Of a stretch of DNA of 45,070 nt, positions 1-8,504 are shown piece after piece. The notes beneath the pieces are model-generated. The model made no database searches, had not been told where the DNA came from, and was given only the letters and a program-made list of their open reading frames with translations. Source of the stretch: Cyanobacteria bacterium P01_D01_bin.156 (GTDB taxonomy: Bacteria; Cyanobacteriota; Cyanobacteriia; Phormidesmidales; Phormidesmidaceae); NCBI GenBank assembly GCA_039024555.1, contig JBCCQQ010000052.1, positions 1 to 45,070 on the forward strand, in the 5' to 3' direction. Both the position numbers and the translations under genes were made by a program. Each line of letters starts with the position of its first letter. The first letter of the stretch is position 1.

Positions 1-75
1 AATCCAAAGGGGATGACGCGTACCTCTGGCTTTGCGGTAATCGGGAATCGTTTGTAACGCTTCTATCAGAGTCAT
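1..75 (-). CDS. ISAs1-family transposase, N-terminal 25 aa (runs off the window edge)
   Basis: Hand translation from the ATG at 75 gives MTLIEALQTIPDYRKARGTRHPLWI, matching the ISAs1/H-repeat N-terminal pattern 'IPDxR..xGxRHxL'. Not in the ORF track. Confidence 0.85.
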   Translation of the reverse strand, partial: MTLIEALQTIPDYRKARGTRHPLWI

Positions 76-140
76 CACTCAACAGTCGAGATAAGATAGC
101 TCTATTCTGCTTTTTATCCCGTCACATTGAATCAACCCTG
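1..140 (-). mobile_element. Left end of an ISAs1-family insertion sequence (continues beyond the window start)
   Basis: The minus strand reads CAGGGTTGATTCAATGTGAC from position 140, an ISAs1-like CAGGG terminus. It starts exactly where PhnE homology stops and is followed by a transposase start at 75. Confidence 0.8.
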
Positions 141-335
141 GGTCAGGAACCACACGCAGCAGAGTAACCAAACCGCGACTTAAGGAAAAGACCCATGGAG
201 AGGGAGTTGTATTCTTAGCAGCCAAAATCGATAGAGGCAAACTAAGGACGGCCCCAAAGATAGTTCCCACCAGGGCCATCTCAAATGTTTCCAGGGTGGC
301 GCGACCCATACTACCTAAGCGAGCCGGATCGGCTG
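141..335 (-). pseudogene. phnE: Phosphonate ABC permease PhnE fragment, interrupted by the IS and lacking its N-terminus
   Basis: LETFEMALVGTIFGAVLSLPLSILAAKN...LLRVVPD is the PhnE first TM segment. The tail of ORF 79..309 (PGLIQCDG...) is read-through into the IS end, and an in-frame TAG lies just upstream. Confidence 0.8.
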
Positions 336-473
336 AAACACCATGCTAATCTGTCATAGAATCACAATTAGAGTCTTGACAAAGTTCATTCATCTTTATT
401 ATTGCGATATTCAAAAGTAGCGCCCAAGTAGCTTTCAAAACTAGTCTTTCTTTACATAGCTAACGGTAAGAAT

Positions 474-1085
474 TTAGAGCACTAACAAATTACCTGTATC
501 GTTTCGAAGGTGATCAACTTCTTCTTGTAATCTTTGAATTACTGCTGTTTTATTTGACAACTTAAATGCTTCGGTAACAGAAAACTCACATTCTACAGCG
601 GTGTTTATGCGTCTATAGATTTTCTCGAAATCTGTCGACTTTTGGATTAGCCGAATAAGTAACTGCTCAAGGCAGATGATCCGATGCTGAAGTCGATTTA
701 AAGTTGCAGTCATTCCTGAATTGGCAAGTGCTCTTAAGCATTTTTTATCAGCTGTTGCAATAAAAAAATCTGATTCTTGCTCAGTTGCAGAAATAAGTAC
801 AGCTTCTCCTTGATCAATTCCAATGATACCTAATAAGTCTTGATACTCAAGGCTTGCAGGGCTTGCAGAAGCTTTTTCAGATTTGTTAGTGACTTGGCAA
901 GCTCGGTTACGAGTGGCCCTATCATATTGAGCCTGAATACTTGAGGCACGCTCAATGTATCTGGACGCAGTTGGCAATACCCTAATTGATGGATCGTCAA
1001 TGCCCCATGTCTTCATAGAAGGCCAGAAGAGATTATATGCGGAAAATTTGATAATGATGTCGTTATCAAGAAAGTAAACGACCAA
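474..1085 (-). CDS. Putative PIN-domain-like protein (candidate toxin/RNase)
   Basis: N-terminal beta-strand YFLDNDII, a central IDQGEAVL motif and FIATADKK match the acidic residue pattern of PIN domains. Starts 5 bp after the ImmA/IrrE gene ends. Confidence 0.6.
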   Translation of the reverse strand: MVVYFLDNDIIIKFSAYNLFWPSMKTWGIDDPSIRVLPTASRYIERASSIQAQYDRATRNRACQVTNKSEKASASPASLEYQDLLGIIGIDQGEAVLISATEQESDFFIATADKKCLRALANSGMTATLNRLQHRIICLEQLLIRLIQKSTDFEKIYRRINTAVECEFSVTEAFKLSNKTAVIQRLQEEVDHLRNDTGNLLVL

Positions 1086-1090
1086 AAGAC

Positions 1091-2101
1091 TTATACCCCT
1101 GTAACCAATCGCAAATACTCTTGACTGTCTCGATCCAGTTTTTCTGGGCTCAAATATTTACCTAAATAAGTGTTAATGAATTGAGGAGCATTAGCATTTT
1201 TTTCAAACTTTTTAAGTGCAGCCATGCCAGTGACCCAGTCTTGAGTTTGCCACGCATAGTTCAGACAGATTGTTCCCGGATCTACCTTGTATTGCCTGGA
1301 CAGTCTCCTAGCCTGATTGACTAAAGCACCACAGTGTTGCATCCGTTGCCACTTGTAGCCGCTAAACTGCCCAAGCAGAAGTGTGGAGGCAAATAAGTTC
1401 GCTTCTACTTCCTCATTATCTTGCTCTGCAGCAATATCTTCATCAACAAAGACTTGCCCAGTTGCATGCCCACACAAGATATGCCCTAGCTCATGCGCCA
1501 ATATAAAGGCGAGCCAAGCATCGTATTGCTTGGCTCGGCAAAGCACAACAACAGGCTGATCATCAAAATAAGCTACCAAACCATCTACTTTTTTGACGCC
1601 TTTAGGTAAATCAGAATAATGAACTACTGGAATACCGATAGAAGTACAAAAAGCTAGCAGGTTATCCAAACGCACGGTTGAATTATCTGTTAGTAATTGT
1701 TCTCGAATCTGAATTGCACTTAAAGTAGTAGTAGCAGTTAGCCTATAAGTCAAAGGTGTAGCATATTGGACAATTTCAGCCACTCGCAGTGCTAGTCCCT
1801 GAGCTACTTCAAGACTTTGACTATCAGTATTTTGTCTCTTCTTAAATTTGGTTTGGCTATGTCCCTTAAAAGTAATAGCTGACTCAGGCGAAAAAACAGA
1901 AGCTATGTCTAACCCTAGTCTTCTTGCGATATAGCCTGCTGCTTCAGCAACGACAGTAGAATCGTTTTCAAGTTCAGCATCCCACCAAGCAGGCAAAGCA
2001 TGAGCACGCACATACTTTTGCTGTAGGCCTCTCTGCTCAAGGCGTTGGAGGATATTTTGCATATTTAATTGTGTATGACCAGCAACCTGTTGGATATTCA
2101 C
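1091..2101 (-). CDS. ImmA/IrrE-family Zn metallopeptidase
   Basis: FILAHELGH (HExxH) plus the downstream EVEANLFA glutamate helix and the KVDGL..PVVVL strand typical of DUF955/IrrE. Confidence 0.85.
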   Translation of the reverse strand: MNIQQVAGHTQLNMQNILQRLEQRGLQQKYVRAHALPAWWDAELENDSTVVAEAAGYIARRLGLDIASVFSPESAITFKGHSQTKFKKRQNTDSQSLEVAQGLALRVAEIVQYATPLTYRLTATTTLSAIQIREQLLTDNSTVRLDNLLAFCTSIGIPVVHYSDLPKGVKKVDGLVAYFDDQPVVVLCRAKQYDAWLAFILAHELGHILCGHATGQVFVDEDIAAEQDNEEVEANLFASTLLLGQFSGYKWQRMQHCGALVNQARRLSRQYKVDPGTICLNYAWQTQDWVTGMAALKKFEKNANAPQFINTYLGKYLSPEKLDRDSQEYLRLVTGV

Positions 2102-2241
2102 AATTCTAAGGACGCAATATATTGGACAAATATACTACTTCATATTGTCATATCTGAACCATGTACGCCCAACCTTTTCCACAATCTTTATGCTCCTATC
2201 AAAGCAACCTTAACTAAACGGTTGACCTGACTTTTTAAAAC

Positions 2242-3753
2242 TTAAATGATTTCACTCTTCAAATGATCGTCTGACTCACTTTCTACGCTAGCTACCTGCC
2301 GGGGAAATCGATCTAGCGGTTCTACTGAGCCCAGTTCATCCCCAGCAGCGGCCCCTAACCCCTTAAACTTGCGAGCACTCACCAGCACACGGCTTTCCAA
2401 TGAGCCCACAGCCTTATTAAACGTATCCACCGTTGTTTCCAAGCCTCGCCGCATTTTTTGCATGTGGCCAGTAAACACCCGTGTGCGATCGTATAGCTCT
2501 CGCCCCAGCTCACTAATAATCTGAGCATTTTCTGTTACCGCATCCTGTTGCCAACCGTAGGCCACCGCCTTAAGCAAAGCAATTAGGGTGGTAGGCGTCG
2601 CTAAAATCACTCGCTGGGCAATGCCTACCTCAATTAAGCTGGGGTCCTGCTCCAGGGCCGCACTAAAGAAAATCTCGCCTGGTAAAAACAACACTACAAA
2701 CTCTGGACTGGGCTGAAATTGATCCCAATAGGATTTTTGTCCCAACTGTTGAATGTGACGACGCACGTGTTGCGCATGATCTTTTAATTTAGCCACCCGC
2801 TGGGCTTCATCGGTCAGATCTAGCGCTTCTAGATAAGCGGCTAGGGGAGCTTTAGCATCGACTATAATTTGTCGCTGCTGAGGCAGGTACACCACCATAT
2901 CCGGACGTATAGCCCCCTGTGTCACCTGCTGGCTAAAGTCGCAATGTTCTACCATGCCAGCGATTTCCACCACCCGCTTCAGCTGAATTTCCCCCCAGCG
3001 TCCTCGCACATTGGGTGCCCGCAAAGCTTTGGTTAGATTAGCGGTTTCTGTTTGTAGCTGCAGTTGTCCGGTGGCCAGCTGGGTGATCTGTTCCTTGAGT
3101 TGGCTATAGGCCGATAGCCGATGACGTTCAAGCTCCTGTAAATAGGTTTCCACTTTGATCAGGGAAGCGCGCAGGGGCTGTACCAGTTCATCAATGGCCT
3201 GCTGGCGCTGTTGTAGCTCCCCCCTAGACTGGGTGTGAAACTGTCCAAGCTTAGTCTGGGCCAGATTCAAAAACATCTCATTATTTGTTTGCAAGGCTTC
3301 TGCAGACAGCAGTTTAAAGGCATCGGCCATGCCCTCCCGCGTGTGCTGCAATAGGGTTATTTTTTCAGCGGTGGCCTGCTGTTGTTCTTGCAATTGGGTG
3401 CGTGCCTGGGCCAGTTGGGTCGTTAGCTGGTGGTAGTCCCCTTGCATATGTTGTAGCTGCTGCTGTAACTGCTCAGTTTGTAATGCTTTGGCCTCTGCGG
3501 CTGCCTGGTGGGCGGTGGCTGCAGTCACTGCCTGGTGCTGCTGAGCAAGGTTAGTCTGCAGACTATGAATTTCCTGACGCAAATCTTCCAGCTGACCATT
3601 CTTGTGGTGCAGCTGCTCGACCATCGTGGCTCGTTCTGCCACCAGATCATTTTTTGCCCGTTCCCGTACGGTTTGATAGCGGGAACGCCAAAGTAGCCAA
3701 GTGATCAAACTGCCCACACCTGTCCCTGCCAAAAAGGCTAACGGCCACTGCAT
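2242..3753 (-). CDS. rmuC: DNA recombination protein RmuC
   Basis: N-terminal TM, long coiled coil, then RGRWGEIQL, RPDMVVYLP..IIVDAK, PEFVVLFLPGE and ATPTTLIALL motifs. Confidence 0.95.
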   Translation of the reverse strand: MQWPLAFLAGTGVGSLITWLLWRSRYQTVRERAKNDLVAERATMVEQLHHKNGQLEDLRQEIHSLQTNLAQQHQAVTAATAHQAAAEAKALQTEQLQQQLQHMQGDYHQLTTQLAQARTQLQEQQQATAEKITLLQHTREGMADAFKLLSAEALQTNNEMFLNLAQTKLGQFHTQSRGELQQRQQAIDELVQPLRASLIKVETYLQELERHRLSAYSQLKEQITQLATGQLQLQTETANLTKALRAPNVRGRWGEIQLKRVVEIAGMVEHCDFSQQVTQGAIRPDMVVYLPQQRQIIVDAKAPLAAYLEALDLTDEAQRVAKLKDHAQHVRRHIQQLGQKSYWDQFQPSPEFVVLFLPGEIFFSAALEQDPSLIEVGIAQRVILATPTTLIALLKAVAYGWQQDAVTENAQIISELGRELYDRTRVFTGHMQKMRRGLETTVDTFNKAVGSLESRVLVSARKFKGLGAAAGDELGSVEPLDRFPRQVASVESESDDHLKSEII

Positions 3754-4184
3754 AAACTAAGTACATAATTACTATTGGACCATAGGGTAACATTCCGATT
3801 TTGAATTGCAAACTCCAATGCTATAGATTGCATTACAACGATTTTTTAAGCTAGGGCGATGGTGGATGGTAATCGCCCTAGCCGATATTTGCAGTCAACT
3901 CCGCTGAGTGGTTGACGATGTCCTAAAAAGGTTAAGGGTTTTGGAAAACCACGTTCGTTCTTTTCTAGGCTCCGGGAACATTCATAGAGCGTATGAATAA
4001 ACCTTTTTGGGTTGATGAGTTAATCACTCCTGCAGTTTCACAGCAAATCCTTAATGTTTTTCTTAGAAAAACTCAGGGTTTCAACATGTGTGTGGTTTAT
4101 GTTTTGATAGGAGCTGGTCTTTTAGACCTGTCCATGCATAACTCACCACGGCTAGCGACTAAATTATTAAGAGCCTTATAGGGA

Positions 4185-4793
4185 ATGACCGTTAAAAGCC
4201 CACCCGAAAAATTTGTCAGACCTCCAATACTGGATAAACTGCCTAATCCTGACCTCCAAAGCAATGAATGTCCTCGTCGGGCAAAAACGCAGTTGGATTT
4301 TATAATGTTGGCTATTGAGGCTCTAGAGCTCAATGCATCTCAGGCAATGCTGGCAACTATCCACGAGTTGGGCCTGCAGGATGTGCTTAAAAGTCGAGTG
4401 CATGTGTGGCGCTTACGCAGTACAAATCCCCTGAGAAAATTTAATCAGCGCCAGCCACTTACGTTGGAAGAAGCCAAGGCGTTGGTGCTGGTGGTGTGTC
4501 ATCTGTGCCGTAAGCTGACAAGCCTGATTCGTCAGCTGTTTTTGGGTTACCAGCAGCTCCAAGATCAGGATCTTTCCTTGGATCATCATTTTCGTTTGGC
4601 CAAATATCTCAAACGCTTTCGAGCGCACTTTCGGGCTCGTATGAATCCGAAACGGGCTATGGTGCTGACCTACAGCACCGATGAAAAATTGGACGAGCTG
4701 GCTCTTTCACTTTTGACTCAGCTTCTAGTGTGTACGGGTACTCGTGGTGAAGAACGCCTGTGGGCTAGCCTCTTTGATGGGGAGGTATCATGA
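4185..4793 (+). CDS. DUF3038 family cyanobacterial protein
   Basis: QLDFIMLAIEAL, WRLRSTNPLR and RLWASLFDG motifs; overlaps the next gene (ATGA). Confidence 0.85.
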   Translation: MTVKSPPEKFVRPPILDKLPNPDLQSNECPRRAKTQLDFIMLAIEALELNASQAMLATIHELGLQDVLKSRVHVWRLRSTNPLRKFNQRQPLTLEEAKALVLVVCHLCRKLTSLIRQLFLGYQQLQDQDLSLDHHFRLAKYLKRFRAHFRARMNPKRAMVLTYSTDEKLDELALSLLTQLLVCTGTRGEERLWASLFDGEVS

Positions 4794-6286
4794 CCATTCA
4801 ACGTCAGTATGTGCTGCCAAACTGCAGCTTATTGCTAGAGGGACTGAGCACCGACGCATCGAATGTGCTGTCGGTATTAGCCAATGCCGAGTTTAAAATT
4901 GTTGGCCTAGAGCAGCCTTTGACAGGGGGAACGGACTTCTTCAAAGCTGTCGCCAGTACTGTCAGTGCTTACTGTCAGCGCCTGCTAAGTGGTTTGGACC
5001 ACCCAGGTCATTTGATATCCCAGTCGGCCTTGGTTGCCATGGAGCCTGGTGAAGGCCAATACCACCGTCTGCTGGTCAAGCCTGAACTCCTGGATGCCGA
5101 GGCTACGGACGGCCATCCTCAGACGATTAATCTGTCTACGGTGCAGCTGTTTGATATGGCCGAGGCTATCGATCAGTTTTTTGCTGATAGTCAGACTCTG
5201 CCAGACTTTTCGGTACCTTTGGTCCCGTTGGCTCGCCGACATGTGCGATCGCAGGAGCCCATGGCTCAGCGAGCCCTTCCCCCCGTCCTCGGCATTGCCA
5301 CACTGGCAGTAGCCGGGTTGGGACTCTTCTTCTTGCCGGTGCCAGAGGTTTCAGAAGAGACCCTGACTCCACCTGCACCGTTAGAAGAATCGATTGAAAA
5401 CCCGCTGGAAACATCTCCTCCCAGTGATGAACCCTCTAGCGAAGTACCGGCTACGGATGCGATCGCAGAAGACCCCATTGAAGGGACCCTTCCCCCCCTT
5501 ACAGATGACCAACTAACGGCGTTACAGCAACAGGTACAGCAGCAAATTAGCGGAGCACTGCCCGCCGATGCAGCCTTTGAGCAGGCCCTAACGTATCAAG
5601 TATCTGTAGCAGAAAATGGTGATATTTTGGGCTACAACCCCACTGGCGACGAGGCCGTTGCCAATTTAGACAGTACGCCCTTACCTGCCCTTACCTACAT
5701 TCCTGTAGACCCCACCACAGTCAACCCAGTGGCGCAATTTGACGTCACCTTTGGTACCGATGGCACCGTCGATGTCGTCTCTCAAACGACACCAGGAATC
5801 GTAACGCCTGAAGCTCCAGTGACGCCTGAAGTGGTTACCCCCACCGAACCAGAGGAAGACAACGGCCAAGAGGAGGAGGACAGTCCTACAGACGACTCAT
5901 CGTCAGAGCAGTCGTCTGCTCCTGCGGAAACCTCTACAGGGGCAGCTGTTTCTCAAGGGACCGAGGGGCTATCAAGCGTTATAGACAATCAAATTCAGGA
6001 CCCAGACTTAGTATTTGAGCTGAATCAAGAGCTGCGGCGTGCCATTATTAACAATCGAGAACCAGACTGGGCAGCTCCAGAGGTGCGCTATCGGATTCGT
6101 CTCGATGAAAGCGGTCAGACGGTTGGCTACGAAGCGGTCAATGATGAGGCCCGGCAACAGGCCAATGCCTTAAAAATTCCCGACATGGTCAAAGCATCCA
6201 ATAGTGATAAACCTCAACTGGATTTTTTGGTAGTGATCGATGACGGCAATGTCGTACAGGTTAATCCTTGGGACGGTTGGCCTTAG
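4790..6286 (+). CDS. DUF4335 family membrane protein
   Basis: MTIQRQYVLPNCSLLLEG start, LSTVQLFD motif, single TM, then an acidic/Pro-rich C-terminus with two TonB-C-like 'Y.V/I...G.I..Y' modules. Confidence 0.85.
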   Translation: MTIQRQYVLPNCSLLLEGLSTDASNVLSVLANAEFKIVGLEQPLTGGTDFFKAVASTVSAYCQRLLSGLDHPGHLISQSALVAMEPGEGQYHRLLVKPELLDAEATDGHPQTINLSTVQLFDMAEAIDQFFADSQTLPDFSVPLVPLARRHVRSQEPMAQRALPPVLGIATLAVAGLGLFFLPVPEVSEETLTPPAPLEESIENPLETSPPSDEPSSEVPATDAIAEDPIEGTLPPLTDDQLTALQQQVQQQISGALPADAAFEQALTYQVSVAENGDILGYNPTGDEAVANLDSTPLPALTYIPVDPTTVNPVAQFDVTFGTDGTVDVVSQTTPGIVTPEAPVTPEVVTPTEPEEDNGQEEEDSPTDDSSSEQSSAPAETSTGAAVSQGTEGLSSVIDNQIQDPDLVFELNQELRRAIINNREPDWAAPEVRYRIRLDESGQTVGYEAVNDEARQQANALKIPDMVKASNSDKPQLDFLVVIDDGNVVQVNPWDGWP

Positions 6287-6425
6287 CATCGAGGAGCAAA
6301 ATGAACGGGTGATCAAAATCTTGGCAGGTATCCCCTCTCGCTCATAGATTGTTTCTAGAACGCTCCTAAATCTCGATTGTCGGTTAACATGTGACGCAGC
6401 CTAACGGTTTGATTAAAGCGTTCCT

Positions 6426-7424
6426 GTGTCTTCTAATCCCCATACATCTCCGATTTATTCTGCAACTGAGCTGTCGCCCACCATTAATGCGACGGCACCT
6501 GCTCCTGAGCCGAAACAACGCTGGCTTGGTCGGGGGGCCAATACATTGCTAGCACTGGGGCTTCTCATAAGTGGTGTGCCCCTAGCGTGGCTACTCGGTA
6601 TTGGTACGGCCAGGGTTATTTCTATGCCCGGAAATCGGGTCCCCTTGCAAGAAGTTTTACTGCGACGTACCAATCGCATTATTACAGAGGTCTATCGCTT
6701 GCCCAGCCGCTGGCGACCGGCTCCCCCTTTGGAAACTCGAATTGAGCCGATTCCCATTCCTACCCAGCCAGTGGAACCTCTGACTGCCCCTCCAGCCGCT
6801 TTGAATGATCGAGATCGCCAGCTCGCAGAGGAAGAACTAGCTGCCCTCCAACAGGAATTTGCCACCATTCAAAATCGTCTATTTGATTTAGAAACTCGGT
6901 TGAGCACAGCCCAGTCCACCGCTGCGGTAGAAAGTCGCCTTGCCAGATTAGAGCAACGTCTAAAACCATCTGATATCAATGTGGCAAAGCCCGGTAGTAG
7001 TACACCAGATAATGGGCAGATAGATCCTCCTAGTGCCCAACAGCCTGTTGTAACCCGAGCTCCTTTACTCGAAACCACCGAGTTCAAAATTACGTTGCCC
7101 AGTGATGCTCTCTTTGCTCCTGGAGAAGCGCGCTTATTGACGACCGCACCAGCATTGCTCAACAGCATATTTAAAGATCTGGAGCATCATCCCCAGGCCA
7201 CAGTTTTAATCGGTAGCTATACCGATGACCGCATGGAAACGTCCCAAAGCGTTAGCCTGGCATTTCAGCAGGCCAAGGCGATACGGGCCTATTTGGGTGG
7301 TAATCTACCTAGCCATCGCTGGGTAACCATCGGTTACGGTCAGTATCAGTCTTTAACGGATAACAGCACCCCCCAACTTCGTCAGCGCAATCGTCGCATC
7401 GAAATTGCTATTGATCGCCGTTAA
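6426..7424 (+). CDS. OmpA/MotB-like peptidoglycan-binding protein with TM and coiled coil
   Basis: ITLPSDALF...IGSYTD...GYG...NRRIEI C-terminal OmpA domain. Confidence 0.85.
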   Translation: MSSNPHTSPIYSATELSPTINATAPAPEPKQRWLGRGANTLLALGLLISGVPLAWLLGIGTARVISMPGNRVPLQEVLLRRTNRIITEVYRLPSRWRPAPPLETRIEPIPIPTQPVEPLTAPPAALNDRDRQLAEEELAALQQEFATIQNRLFDLETRLSTAQSTAAVESRLARLEQRLKPSDINVAKPGSSTPDNGQIDPPSAQQPVVTRAPLLETTEFKITLPSDALFAPGEARLLTTAPALLNSIFKDLEHHPQATVLIGSYTDDRMETSQSVSLAFQQAKAIRAYLGGNLPSHRWVTIGYGQYQSLTDNSTPQLRQRNRRIEIAIDRR

Positions 7425-7465
7425 CGGCATGCTATAGCCATTGCCTGCCCCATTGAGCTCCTGTT

Positions 7466-8464
7466 ATGAATGTTGTCTACTTTGGTACTCCTCAGTTTGC
7501 GGTACCTAGTTTGATTCGCCTGCTTGAGGATCCTGACTTTGAGGTAATTGCCGTTGTTACTCAACCTGATAAACGTCGGGGGCGGGGCGGTAAAGTTACC
7601 CCTTCTCCGGTGAAAGCGATCGCAACCGAAGCCGGTATCCCTATTTGGCAACCTGCAAAAATCAAAAAAGACCAAGCAACTCTGGATTTTCTCAATACCT
7701 GTCAGGCTGATGCCTTTGTAGTAGTGGCCTATGGGCAAATTCTCTCCCAAGAGATCCTAGATATGCCCAGGCTGGGGGCTATTAACGGTCATGGCTCGAT
7801 CTTGCCGACCTATCGCGGGGCGGCCCCTATCCAATGGAGTATTTACAACGGCGAAACCGAAACTGGTGTTACCACCATGCTGATGGATGCAGGCATGGAT
7901 ACAGGCCCCATGTTACTGGAAGAAATCATCCCCATCCACCTTTTGGATAATGCCTGGACCATCGCTGAACAGCTCTCTACACTCACCGCCGAGCTGCTAT
8001 TAAGCACCCTACATAAACTAGACGGACAAGCCATTCGTCCCATTCCACAAATCGAGGAACGGGCTACCTATGCACCACTCATCCAAAAGGCAGACTACAC
8101 CATCGACTGGCAAAAAGACGCCCTGGCCATTCACAATCAAATTCGTGGCTTTTACCCCAACTGCGTCACCCAGCTAAGGGGACAATCCCTCAAAATCAGT
8201 GAAACCATTCCTTTATTTGACGACGTTTGGTCTCAGCTACCTCCGGAGTTTCAGACTCTAAAAGATAGCTATATTTCTCTGGAGCATTCTGAGCCAGGCT
8301 GCATCGCTGCTATTTGGAAAAACCAGGGACCTGTGATTGCCACAGGCAACGGCTACTTACTGTTACGCCAGCTCCAGCCAGCAGGTAAAAAATCTCAGTC
8401 AGGCTGGGCCTTTGCCAATGGTAGTCGTTTAGACGTTGGCGAACGTTTGGGTAGCCCTGGGTAA
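7466..8464 (+). CDS. fmt: Methionyl-tRNA formyltransferase
   Basis: FGTPQFA, VVTQPDK, VVAYGQIL, NGHGSILP.YRGAAPIQW and MDAGMDTG motifs. Confidence 0.97.
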   Translation: MNVVYFGTPQFAVPSLIRLLEDPDFEVIAVVTQPDKRRGRGGKVTPSPVKAIATEAGIPIWQPAKIKKDQATLDFLNTCQADAFVVVAYGQILSQEILDMPRLGAINGHGSILPTYRGAAPIQWSIYNGETETGVTTMLMDAGMDTGPMLLEEIIPIHLLDNAWTIAEQLSTLTAELLLSTLHKLDGQAIRPIPQIEERATYAPLIQKADYTIDWQKDALAIHNQIRGFYPNCVTQLRGQSLKISETIPLFDDVWSQLPPEFQTLKDSYISLEHSEPGCIAAIWKNQGPVIATGNGYLLLRQLQPAGKKSQSGWAFANGSRLDVGERLGSPG

Positions 8465-8504
8465 ATCCATAACGATTTGTCTAAGCCGGGCGGCCGGTAC
8501 GGCA

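Noticed and set aside
79..309. Intact 76-aa protein
   Set aside because: Chimera of a phnE fragment and IS end sequence.
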